Below are positions 38,398 to 46,784 of a DNA stretch of 64,000 nt, in pieces. This DNA is from Nitrospirota bacterium (lineage in GTDB: Bacteria; Nitrospirota; Nitrospiria; SBBL01; JAADHI01), in the NCBI GenBank assembly GCA_029261215.1, contig JAJDBT010000017.1, positions 28-64,027 on the forward strand. The letters run 5' to 3'. The notes beneath the pieces are model-generated. The model was not told the origin of the DNA, made no database searches, and saw nothing but the letters and a program-made list of their open reading frames with translations. Positions within the stretch are counted from its first letter, which is position 1. Every line of letters begins with the position of its first letter. The position numbers and the translations under genes were made by a program.

Positions 38398-39996
38398 TTA
38401 TTTTGAGTCAGGTGTAAACAGCATTTCGTAGGCCTGATGAACCGCTTCGGTATGGAAATGAAGGTCTGCCTGAAACTGCTCCCTTGGCGTTTGGACGCCG
38501 TCTTTCGCATAAGCGAGTCTCAGTGCCAATGCATCGAGCTGAGAAGGCTCTGTCGGCAAAAGGTGGGTTTGCTGGTCATTCAGCATTTGTAATTTGTTTT
38601 CCACGTTTCTTAGGAAACGGTAGGCTGCAATCAGGGTATTCACCGTTTTAGACGGTAGAAGATATGCTTGCTGCAAGCGTCTTAATGAAGAAACGGTCCC
38701 CCTTTTTCGCAGGGCAATGTCTTTTCTTCCATGCTGAAGCTGTCGTGTCTGTACAATAAATTCGATTTCACGAATCCCCCCAAAACCGCGCTTCACATCC
38801 AGATGGCTTTGCTTACGTAAATCAACGACTTCATCGATTCTTTCCTTGAAGTGCTTGATTTCCTGAACTTCGTGCGATCCACAGGGTTTTTCAAAAACAT
38901 AGGGAGCCACCATTTTCAAAAAAATCCGGCCCAATTCAAAATCACCGGAAACGGGCCGGGCCCGTAACAAAACCATGCGCTCCCATGTTGCCCCCCGATT
39001 TTGATAATATCGCCGGTAGGCTTCCAGAGGCTGCGTAATCAGCCCCATCTCCCCTTCCGGCCGCAACCTTAAATCGACGCGATAAACATATCCCTCCTGT
39101 GTAGACTGGTTCAAGGCAGCGGTGATCTCTTTGGCCAAATACTCGTAATAAACAGTATTTTGTATGGAAATCGCCTGCCCTGTCGCAAGCGTTTCCCCTG
39201 ATCGAGTATCAAAAATATAAATTAAATCAACATCTGAACTAAAATTCAGCTCCCGGCTGCCCAACTTACCCAGCGCCAAAACGGTAAAACCGGACAAGGG
39301 CACCCGCCTTTGACCCAATTGATCACTCAAAGCGGGTTTGCCATATTTTAGCCGCAATGCGGCCTCACACACGACATGCGCCTTTTCGATCAAAATATCC
39401 GCTAAATTAGAAACATCCCGCAAGGTTTCTTCAACGCTGGCCGCTTGCACCAAATCCCGCACCCCAATGCGAAGAATTTCTTTTCGCTTAAAAATCCGCA
39501 AAACATCAAATTGGGCCGCTTTCGTCTTTACAACACGAAGCGCATCCGATAACTCTTTTCTAAAATCCGCTTTGGCTTTCGAATCTTCCAAAACCTGCAA
39601 CCCAAAAACCCAATAAAAATAACCCGGATTTCGCACGAGGATATCAGAAAGAAAAGGGCTTCCCCCAAAGACAAATGTGGCGTGATGCAGGGTCAAAGGC
39701 GATTGTTTTAGATGAGAAAGCAATTCGACTTTGCTAAAGGCAGACTGCGTAAACCGCTCAAAATTATTCAATCCCAAATCAGGGTCCGGCGATTCAGAAA
39801 AAGCGCTCAGGGTTTCTTCAATTATTTCCGAAAAAAGAATCCGCTCCCGGGGGTTTTTTCCGATGGCTTGCAGGTTGGCATCCGCTTTGAGCGGATCACG
39901 GAACCCATAGGGTTGAAGCAAGGCAATCACCTGGGCTTCGGAAAGCGTTTTGGCGAGAAGCAGATCTTTTGGCTTGGGTTGGACTTCCATTGTCAT
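38398..39996 (-). CDS. GlnE-like protein, N-terminal (adenylyl-removase-type) half of glutamine synthetase adenylyltransferase
   Basis: PDPDLGLNNFERF and nucleotidyltransferase motif GKLGSRELNFSSDVDLIYIF. Also YRVDLRLRPEG and GATWERMVLLRARPV. The stop codon directly abuts the priA ATG. Confidence 0.85.
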   Translation of the reverse strand: MTMEVQPKPKDLLLAKTLSEAQVIALLQPYGFRDPLKADANLQAIGKNPRERILFSEIIEETLSAFSESPDPDLGLNNFERFTQSAFSKVELLSHLKQSPLTLHHATFVFGGSPFLSDILVRNPGYFYWVFGLQVLEDSKAKADFRKELSDALRVVKTKAAQFDVLRIFKRKEILRIGVRDLVQAASVEETLRDVSNLADILIEKAHVVCEAALRLKYGKPALSDQLGQRRVPLSGFTVLALGKLGSRELNFSSDVDLIYIFDTRSGETLATGQAISIQNTVYYEYLAKEITAALNQSTQEGYVYRVDLRLRPEGEMGLITQPLEAYRRYYQNRGATWERMVLLRARPVSGDFELGRIFLKMVAPYVFEKPCGSHEVQEIKHFKERIDEVVDLRKQSHLDVKRGFGGIREIEFIVQTRQLQHGRKDIALRKRGTVSSLRRLQQAYLLPSKTVNTLIAAYRFLRNVENKLQMLNDQQTHLLPTEPSQLDALALRLAYAKDGVQTPREQFQADLHFHTEAVHQAYEMLFTPDSK

Positions 39997-40035
39997 TCGA
40001 TGGCATTATACAGCCTGAAAAATTGGAGTGCAATT

Positions 40036-42255
40036 TTGACGAAAAAAGCCCTACTCCAGAAAATCATCCAGAGCACCCCTTCCCTTGATCCCGCTCTGAT
40101 TCAAAAGTTTTTATCCTCTATGGACCCGGATCATCTTCGTGAATGTGATCACTTCGAAATCAGAGAACATGTCCAGATGTCCGAGTCGCTCTCTTCTCGA
40201 GATCTGTTTCAGGTTAAAATCACACAGAACGACGTGCATCGATACAAGATCGTCATTATTGCCTTTGATTATTTTTCTGAATTTTCCATCATCTGCGGTT
40301 TAATTTCATCCTTTGGGCTCAACATTGTCGGGGGCAATATTCAAACCCTTTCGAGCGAGAAAGGACGAAAAAAGATCCTTGACCTTTTTTACGTCGAAAC
40401 AATTGAACCGGCTTGTTTCGAGATCTCGGAACAAAACCTTTTTAAAGAAGCACTCAAAACCCTGATCGAATCATTAAATCAGGCACATTTTCGTGAAGCC
40501 AGAAGCCGCGTCAATAAACGGCTCATCTCACACATTAATCAGACACATGACGAGACCCGCTCTGAACCCAGCAATTTAAAAGGATTACTCGCGCCCATTC
40601 AAATCCGCTTCGATAACAGCAGTTCCACTCAGTGGACAATTTTAAACCTCCACGGGCAAGATACACCCGCTTTTCTTTATGCCTTTTCCAATGCACTTGC
40701 CATGAGAAATATCTATATTTATAAAATCAAAATCCATCATGAAGCAGACAAAATTCACGACCGGCTTTATATCGCCAATCGCCAGGGTAAAAAAATCACA
40801 GGGAAAGATGATAAAAAAGCACTTCAAATCGCGGCCGTGTTGATCAAACAATTCATTCATTTTTTGGCAATCGCTCCCGACCCGGCAATGGCCATCACCC
40901 ATTTTGATCAATTTCTGGATAAAATTTTAGAAATGCCGGATTCTCGGCCCCTCATTACCTTTCTCAAACAAAAAGACACCATGACCCTGCTCGCGCGCTT
41001 TTTTGGGACGAGCAATTTTTTGTGGGAAGATTTTTTAAGAATACGTTTTGAATCCCTCTTTCCCATTTTAGAACAATTTAAAAGAAGACCACTCGTCATT
41101 TCGAAAGAAACGCTGCGTCGTAATCTGAAAAAACGTCTGGAATCCGCAGAAGGTTTCCAATCTAAACGACAAATCGTCAATGATTATAAGGATGAAGAGT
41201 TGTTCCGTATCGACCTGCGCCATCTACACGAACCTTTAAGTAAACTCACCGATTTTTCAAAGGCCTTAACATATCTGGCAGAAGTGATTGTCTCCATGAC
41301 GCTCGAAATTTGCACAGCGCATCTCGCACAAAAACATGGCATTCCTCGTCTTAAAGATGGCACACCCAGCCCTTTTACAATTTTTGGCCTTGGAAAATTT
41401 GGCGGCAGAGAGCTCGGGTATGCCTCCGATATTGAATTGCTTTTTGTTTATGGTGAAAATGGCCGGACGGACGGAGCACAGATCATAGAAAACAGTCACT
41501 ACTTTAAGGCGCTCACACAAGAAATCGTTCAATTCATCGAAACCCGGCAAGCCGGAATCTTCCAGATCGACACGCGACTGCGTCCTTATGGAAAATCGGG
41601 GCAATGGGCCATTTCATTCAGCCAGTTTGAATCCTATTATTCTGAGACCGGAAAAGCCGCCCCCTTCGAAAAACAAGCCTTGATCAAACTCCGAGCTATT
41701 GCGGGAAGCTGGTCTTTAGGCAAAAAATGCGAATTGGCACGGGATCATTTTGTGTACAACAAGACCCCCTGGGATAAAAAAGAGGCCCTTGAATTAAGAA
41801 GTCTTCAACTCAAAGAACTGGTGCCCAAGGGCCGGATTAATGTGAAGTACAGCCCCGGTGCTTTGGTCGAAATTGAATACCTGGTTCAGTACCTTCAGCT
41901 CATTCACGGACATCGCATTTCCGCCCTCCATACACCCAATACGCTGGAGGCGCTGGATATTTTTTTACAAGTAGGTATTTTAAACAAAGAAACCGTACAG
42001 TGTTTAAAGGAAAACTATCTTTTTTTACGATCTCTCATTGATGCCCTTCGTATCGTTCGTGGGAATGCAAAAGATCTGCTGCTGCCTGATCCCGATCGCG
42101 ATGAATTTATCTTTCTGGCCCGGCGCATGGGTTTTGCAAAAAAGAATTGGCAGCTGGGCAGTCAGCATTTGGCCGAGGCGATTTCACACAACATGGCGGA
42201 AGTCCATTCCCATTTTGAAGATTTTATAAAACACGGCCCAAGTGAATTCATTTAA
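40036..42255 (+). CDS. ACT-ACT-GlnE-like protein (adenylyltransferase-type half of GlnE with two N-terminal ACT-like domains)
   Basis: NT motif GLGKFGGRELGYASDIELLFVY and FQIDTRLRPYG. Two ACT-like segments: KIVIIAFDYFSEFSIICGLISSFGLNIVGGNIQT..ILDLFYV and WTILNLHGQDTPAFLYAFSNALAMRNIYIYKIKIH..IHDRLYI. Preferred start is TTG 40036, 7 nt after GGAG. ATG 40000 is possible. The track start 39712 overlaps the divergent gene. Confidence 0.8.
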   Translation: MTKKALLQKIIQSTPSLDPALIQKFLSSMDPDHLRECDHFEIREHVQMSESLSSRDLFQVKITQNDVHRYKIVIIAFDYFSEFSIICGLISSFGLNIVGGNIQTLSSEKGRKKILDLFYVETIEPACFEISEQNLFKEALKTLIESLNQAHFREARSRVNKRLISHINQTHDETRSEPSNLKGLLAPIQIRFDNSSSTQWTILNLHGQDTPAFLYAFSNALAMRNIYIYKIKIHHEADKIHDRLYIANRQGKKITGKDDKKALQIAAVLIKQFIHFLAIAPDPAMAITHFDQFLDKILEMPDSRPLITFLKQKDTMTLLARFFGTSNFLWEDFLRIRFESLFPILEQFKRRPLVISKETLRRNLKKRLESAEGFQSKRQIVNDYKDEELFRIDLRHLHEPLSKLTDFSKALTYLAEVIVSMTLEICTAHLAQKHGIPRLKDGTPSPFTIFGLGKFGGRELGYASDIELLFVYGENGRTDGAQIIENSHYFKALTQEIVQFIETRQAGIFQIDTRLRPYGKSGQWAISFSQFESYYSETGKAAPFEKQALIKLRAIAGSWSLGKKCELARDHFVYNKTPWDKKEALELRSLQLKELVPKGRINVKYSPGALVEIEYLVQYLQLIHGHRISALHTPNTLEALDIFLQVGILNKETVQCLKENYLFLRSLIDALRIVRGNAKDLLLPDPDRDEFIFLARRMGFAKKNWQLGSQHLAEAISHNMAEVHSHFEDFIKHGPSEFI

Positions 42256-42352
42256 GACCACAGCCAAGTCTTGATTTACAAAGACGAGGTCAATATTGTA
42301 GAGTCTTAAACAGAAAAATGAAACGGCACTTTATTCAGGCGAGAGAACATTT

Positions 42353-42664
42353 ATGGAAAATGTGGAATGTAAATTTTATGTCGGACAACTCATTCATCAT
42401 CTCTTATTCGGTTATCGCGGTGTGGTGGTTGATGTGGATTCAGATTATCAAGGCAGCGAAGAATGGTACGAGACCGTCGCACGCTCAACTCCTCCAAAAG
42501 ATAAACCCTGGTATCACGTCCTTGTCCACAATGCAGAACATACAACCTATGTGGCAGAGTGCAATTTAGAACCAGACCGTTCAAAAGAAAGTATTCAGCA
42601 TCCTTTGGTTGATCGTTTTTTTATAGAGTTTGAGAATGGAAAATACATCCGAATGATGAACTAG
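42353..42664 (+). CDS. hspQ: Heat shock protein HspQ / YccV-like hemimethylated-DNA-binding domain protein
   Basis: FYVGQLIHHLLFGYRGVVVDVD...PWYHVLV...TYVAECNLEPD matches the HspQ/YccV pattern. Confidence 0.8.
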   Translation: MENVECKFYVGQLIHHLLFGYRGVVVDVDSDYQGSEEWYETVARSTPPKDKPWYHVLVHNAEHTTYVAECNLEPDRSKESIQHPLVDRFFIEFENGKYIRMMN

Positions 42665-42704
42665 CAGATCATTCATTCAATAGATTTCAAAAGCCATACT
42701 AAAG

Positions 42705-43202
42705 ATGTGTGAGTTTCGGGAAGCCACAACAAAAGATTATCCAGGGATATGTCGGCTCATCAAGAACCAGGAAGAGCTGTTTTGGGTTTATCCGGAGGCT
42801 CAATACCCGCTCACTGTAGAACAAGTTACAGCACTATCTCAAACAAGAAAAGAGCTCACAGTCGCCATAGATAAAAATGAACTCATTGGTTTCGCAAATC
42901 TATATGACGATGAGAAAAATAAGGCAGTATTTATCGGCAATGTCGTTATTGATCAATCTCAGAGAAGAAGAGGCATGGGCAAGGCAATGATTTCGCACAT
43001 GATCAAAGTGACCTATCTCAAATATAATTTACCCGAAGTGAGGATTTCAGTGTTCAGTGAAAACGTTCCAGCATTGTTATTATATTCGGGATTCGGTTTT
43101 ACTCCATATGAGATTGAAGAAAGAAAAAATCAAAGCGGTCACAGGGTCGCATTGATTCATATGAAAATGGATCGCAGTAAAAATATGAGCACCGAGCATT
43201 AG
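42705..43202 (+). CDS. GNAT family N-acetyltransferase
   Basis: Acetyl-CoA-binding motif VVIDQSQRRRGMGKAM (Q/RxxGxG/A). Confidence 0.8.
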   Translation: MCEFREATTKDYPGICRLIKNQEELFWVYPEAQYPLTVEQVTALSQTRKELTVAIDKNELIGFANLYDDEKNKAVFIGNVVIDQSQRRRGMGKAMISHMIKVTYLKYNLPEVRISVFSENVPALLLYSGFGFTPYEIEERKNQSGHRVALIHMKMDRSKNMSTEH

Positions 43203-43304
43203 TATAGAAGGACCCGTCACGGAGACATTCTCTTCACTTGATGGTGTATTCATTTCGGAACGGCCAAAGCGCGGCTTATTTTATTTTGACTAAAGAGGAG
43301 AAAG

Positions 43305-44306
43305 ATGAAAATTTGTTCCAGCCTACTCGATTTAATTGGCAACACGCCCTTGATCCGCTTAAACGCAGTATCAGAAAAAACCGGATGCGAAATACTCGGT
43401 AAGGCAGAATTTTTAAATCCCGGCGGATCAATAAAAGATCGCACCGCTTTGGGCATTATCCGCGATGCTGAAAAACGAGGCGAGCTCAAACCGGGCGGCA
43501 CCATCGTGGAAGGCACCGCCGGAAACACGGGCATTGGTTTGTCTTTAATTGCAAAGATTTTAGGTTATAAAACCATCATCGTGATCCCGGAGACACAAAG
43601 CCATGAAAAGTTTGACATGCTCAAACTTTATGGCGCTGAACTGAAACTTGTGCCTGAAGCATCCTACAGCACGCCGGATCACTTTGTTCATATTGCCGGA
43701 AGAATCGCCAAGGAAATGAATGAAAAAAATCCCGGTTCGGCCCTTTGGGCCAGACAATTTGACAACGTAGCCAATCGAGACTTTCATGCCCAGACCACAG
43801 GGGTAGAAATCTGGGAACAAACAAATGGCAAAATAGATGCCTTTAACTGTGCTGTCGGTACAGGCGGCACATTGGCGGGTGTCGGCATGGCCTTAAAGAA
43901 ACGAAACCCCAAAGTGATCATTGCGCTCACCGACCCGATGGGGGCCGCCTTGTATCATTATTATAAAGATGGGGAATTACGATCTGAAGGCGACTCTATT
44001 GCGGAAGGTATTGGTCAGGGCCGGATCACCGAAAACCTCGCGGATGCGGTCATAGACGAAGCGTTTCAAATTCCGGACGAAGAAGCCCTCCCCTATATTT
44101 TTGATTTATTACAACACGAAGGACTTTGTCTGGGGGGATCCTCAGCCATCAACATTGCTGGCGCTGCCCGTCTGGCGCAGCAAATGGGGCCAGGACACAC
44201 CATTGTGACCGTATTGTGTGACTACGGGACCCGTTATCAGAAAAGGCTTTTTAATCCTGTTTTTCTAAAAGAACAAGGCCTGCCCGTGCCAGAGTGGCTG
44301 GAGTAA
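43305..44306 (+). CDS. Cysteine synthase / cystathionine beta-synthase family PLP-dependent enzyme
   Basis: PLP-lysine motif NPGGSIKDR, GTAGNTGIGLS, and the G-rich loop VGTGGTLAGV. Confidence 0.85.
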   Translation: MKICSSLLDLIGNTPLIRLNAVSEKTGCEILGKAEFLNPGGSIKDRTALGIIRDAEKRGELKPGGTIVEGTAGNTGIGLSLIAKILGYKTIIVIPETQSHEKFDMLKLYGAELKLVPEASYSTPDHFVHIAGRIAKEMNEKNPGSALWARQFDNVANRDFHAQTTGVEIWEQTNGKIDAFNCAVGTGGTLAGVGMALKKRNPKVIIALTDPMGAALYHYYKDGELRSEGDSIAEGIGQGRITENLADAVIDEAFQIPDEEALPYIFDLLQHEGLCLGGSSAINIAGAARLAQQMGPGHTIVTVLCDYGTRYQKRLFNPVFLKEQGLPVPEWLE

Positions 44307-44328
44307 GCCTTGGGGGATTCGAAAGCCT

Positions 44329-44811
44329 TTACGACAAAATCGTCAAGATGAGTACCAGCGCCGCGCCACTGAGACAAAACATCGAAAAAGCCAATCCAGT
44401 ATCTATTTTTGGACGATTTTTCCAGATATCCGGATAGAGCGATTGACCGGGAAGATAAGCCCCGGAATCGAAAAATTTAAGCCCTTCTTCCAAAGTAATC
44501 AACTGAAGTTTCGCCTGTTCGTGGCGGGATTTTTCCTGAATCACTTGGAATAGCATCACGAAAAGACTGATGACAACCCCTCCAACTAACCCTATTTTGA
44601 TGATCCATTTTATCTCAGCCTCAGAATCAAAAAAGGCCACAAAGATCGACATCAAAAGAAAACAAAGCACCCCCAATCGTGTGATTTTCCCCATAACCTG
44701 GCGACGGCGATACACCTCTTCCTTGAAAATGGGATAAAGGACGCGGAACGTTTCAAGAGCGTTCGCGCCAGTTTTCAGGTCATTCATCGATTCTGTTTTC
44801 ATCGTATCCAT
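44329..44811 (-). CDS. Hypothetical membrane protein (about 3 TM segments)
   Basis: Hydrophobic segments LGVLCFLLMSIFVAFF, IGLVGGVVISLFVMLF and AFSMFCLSGAALVLILTIL. No motif recognised. Confidence 0.5.
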   Translation of the reverse strand: MDTMKTESMNDLKTGANALETFRVLYPIFKEEVYRRRQVMGKITRLGVLCFLLMSIFVAFFDSEAEIKWIIKIGLVGGVVISLFVMLFQVIQEKSRHEQAKLQLITLEEGLKFFDSGAYLPGQSLYPDIWKNRPKIDTGLAFSMFCLSGAALVLILTILS

Positions 44812-44926
44812 CTTAACTTTAAACAGATCTTATCATGGGGCAACCCGCTCGACAAGACTCACCTTCCGCATCATCGGAAAAGATTGCCATCAATACAAGG
44901 AGTATGATAAGTTGCACTCCACAAAC

Positions 44927-45000
44927 GCGCCTGTAGCTCAATTGGATAGAGCGCCGGCCTCCGAAGCCGGAGGTTAGGGGTTCAATTCCCTTCAGGCGCA
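44927..45000 (+). tRNA. tRNA-Arg (anticodon CCG)
   Basis: Hand-folded cloverleaf. Acceptor GCGCCTG/CAGGCGC, D-arm TAGCTCAATTGGATAGAGC, anticodon stem CCGGC/GCCGG with loop CT-CCG-AA, T-arm GGGGTTCAATTCCC. No encoded CCA. Confidence 0.9.
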
Positions 45001-45014
45001 TAAAATTTCTTAAT

Positions 45015-45090
<76 letters not shown>

Positions 45091-45492
45091 TTAAGAACTC
45101 ACCTTACAAAAATGCAGGAGTTTCTGCTACTGTACTCACATATCCTGGCTCTTCTCCAAATCCGCCTGGACAATTTTTGTCTATTGTTTTTTCTGATTGG
45201 GGTTGCCGCCAGTGGGATAAAGATCCGAAACTGCTTTTGAATGTGTCATTTTTTTTCAGAAAGACACTTTACGACGACGGGCGGACTCTTGGGGGAAATC
45301 GATTAAAGATCTCGAACCTCCAATAACTGCTGGAGGCTAGGCCAATCCAATCAAGCATGTCTTCTGCGGGTGGCGCGTGCAACTGACCTTTATTGTAGGG
45401 GTCGTGTGGGGCTTACTTTTTGAGTCGCACATCTACCTCAATAAACCTTTTGAGGCGATCCTATCTATAAAACTCAAAGAGCAAACGTATGA

Positions 45493-45774
45493 TCAGAAAT
45501 GATCGACGAGTGCTCTGAGTTCTTTCCCGGCCTTGAAAAAAGGGACTTTTTTAGGCGGAACGGTCACAATCGTCCCTGTTTTTGGATTTCGACCCTCTCG
45601 CATGCGACGATAGCGCAAACGAAAACTACCAAAGCCACGAATCTCGATTTTATCTCCTTTGGACAGGGTCTCTTTAATACTGTCAAAGATCGTATTCACG
45701 AGAATTTCGACTTGCCGACGTGTTAATGATGTGTAATCTAAAGCAACTTTATCGATCAATTCAGCTTTCGTCAT
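45493..45774 (-). CDS. ihfB: Integration host factor subunit beta
   Basis: MTKAELIDKVA...IEIRGFGSFRLRYRRMREGRNPKTG...VPFFKAGKELR is closely parallel to E. coli IhfB as I remember it. Confidence 0.9.
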   Translation of the reverse strand: MTKAELIDKVALDYTSLTRRQVEILVNTIFDSIKETLSKGDKIEIRGFGSFRLRYRRMREGRNPKTGTIVTVPPKKVPFFKAGKELRALVDHF

Positions 45775-45812
45775 GATTTTTCCTCTTATCGAAGGTGTTT
45801 TCCCAACGGAGT

Positions 45813-46703
45813 CTAAAAAGAAAATAAATAGTGCATCCCGACGGATGACACCGGAAACCTGACACTTTCAAATTGTCCCAAAAACCGCGTTTCAAGTAAT
45901 TCAAGAAAGGGTGTCCGTTCCTGTGTTTCCACAATTTTCGGTTCACCCTCAATCCCCGCCATCTCGCCCAATCTCCGAATGGCAGACTGCAGGCTGCCCA
46001 ATTCATCAACGAGTCCTACCTCTTTTGCCTGACGCCCTGTAAAGATACGCCCATCCGCTAAGGTCCGAACGGTTTCAATATCTAAGGACCGCCCTTGCGC
46101 CACAGCTTCTATAAACTGAGCATGCACATCATCCAATACATTTTGAAGCAAGGCCCGTTCTTCTTTTTTCATTTTACGGAAGGGAGAACCGACATCTTTA
46201 TTTTTTCCACTTTTTATCGTGACGCCTTCGACGCCTATTTTGCTCAGCAGACCTTCGAAATTGGTCAGCTCCATGATGACCCCGATACTACCCGTCAAGG
46301 TCCCAGGATTTGCCATAATAAAGTCTGTGGCGCTTGCAATGTAATAGCCTCCTGAGGCGGCAACGGTTCCCATTGAAGAAATGACTTTTTTGGACCCTTC
46401 ATTTTGGATTTCGATCAGTTCATCATAAATCTCCTGCGAGGGCGCAACCGCACCACCGGGGCTATCGATGCGGAGCAAGATCGCCTTAATATCAGGATCT
46501 TTTCGATAAGCCCGGAGTTCTTTGACTATTTTCCGTGAGTCCGCAATGACGCCCTCCAGGCGAATTAAGGCAATCTTATCGCCTCTGCGCCAGGGGACAC
46601 CTTCTTCCTCATCTGAGGTCATCCAAAAAGCAAAGACAAAAAACAAGACTGAAAAGATGAGGAAATACAGGCTGCCGATTAAAATGGGTTTTTGTTGTGT
46701 CAA
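45813..46703 (-). CDS. sppA: Signal peptide peptidase SppA (36K type)
   Basis: N-terminal TM. ILLRIDSPGGAV, MGTVAASGGYYIA (Ser nucleophile region) and GSIGV motifs. Confidence 0.9.
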   Translation of the reverse strand: MTQQKPILIGSLYFLIFSVLFFVFAFWMTSDEEEGVPWRRGDKIALIRLEGVIADSRKIVKELRAYRKDPDIKAILLRIDSPGGAVAPSQEIYDELIEIQNEGSKKVISSMGTVAASGGYYIASATDFIMANPGTLTGSIGVIMELTNFEGLLSKIGVEGVTIKSGKNKDVGSPFRKMKKEERALLQNVLDDVHAQFIEAVAQGRSLDIETVRTLADGRIFTGRQAKEVGLVDELGSLQSAIRRLGEMAGIEGEPKIVETQERTPFLELLETRFLGQFESVRFPVSSVGMHYLFSF

Positions 46704-46746
46704 AGGTTCCCTTGATTTACCTGCAATAAGAAGTGAGGAAGCACAT

Positions 46747-46776
46747 GCAGGCCTTTTCTAGAGGGAAAAGGCCTGC
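46747..46776 (-). terminator. Perfect 12-bp hairpin 9 nt downstream of the rpsA stop (terminator, attenuator or RNA-stabilising element)
   Basis: GCAGGCCTTTTC-tagagg-GAAAAGGCCTGC read directly. There is no clear U-tail on either strand, so termination is not assured. Confidence 0.45.
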
Positions 46777-46784
46777 ACTTCAGC

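Noticed and set aside
39712-40035. A 108-codon N-terminal extension of the ACT-GlnE ORF as given in the track.
   Set aside because: It overlaps the 5' end of the divergent GlnE-AR gene on the opposite strand, and its translation is R/K/F-rich nonsense. An in-frame TTG at 40036 sits 7 nt after GGAG (ATG 40000 is the alternative) and gives a sensible divergent arrangement.
44819-45001. A 60-aa minus-strand ORF.
   Set aside because: It is the reverse complement of tRNA-Arg(CCG) and its flank. The tRNA cloverleaf explains the sequence.
45091-45492. Tested by eye whether the ORF-free stretch after tRNA-Lys is tmRNA, SRP (4.5S), RNase P or 6S RNA.
   Set aside because: It has no tRNA-like 3' end (..TCCACCA with a T-arm), no SRP domain IV motif (GGAAGCAGCC-like) and no RNase P P4 elements. 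It is kept only as a low-interest finding pending a covariance-model scan.
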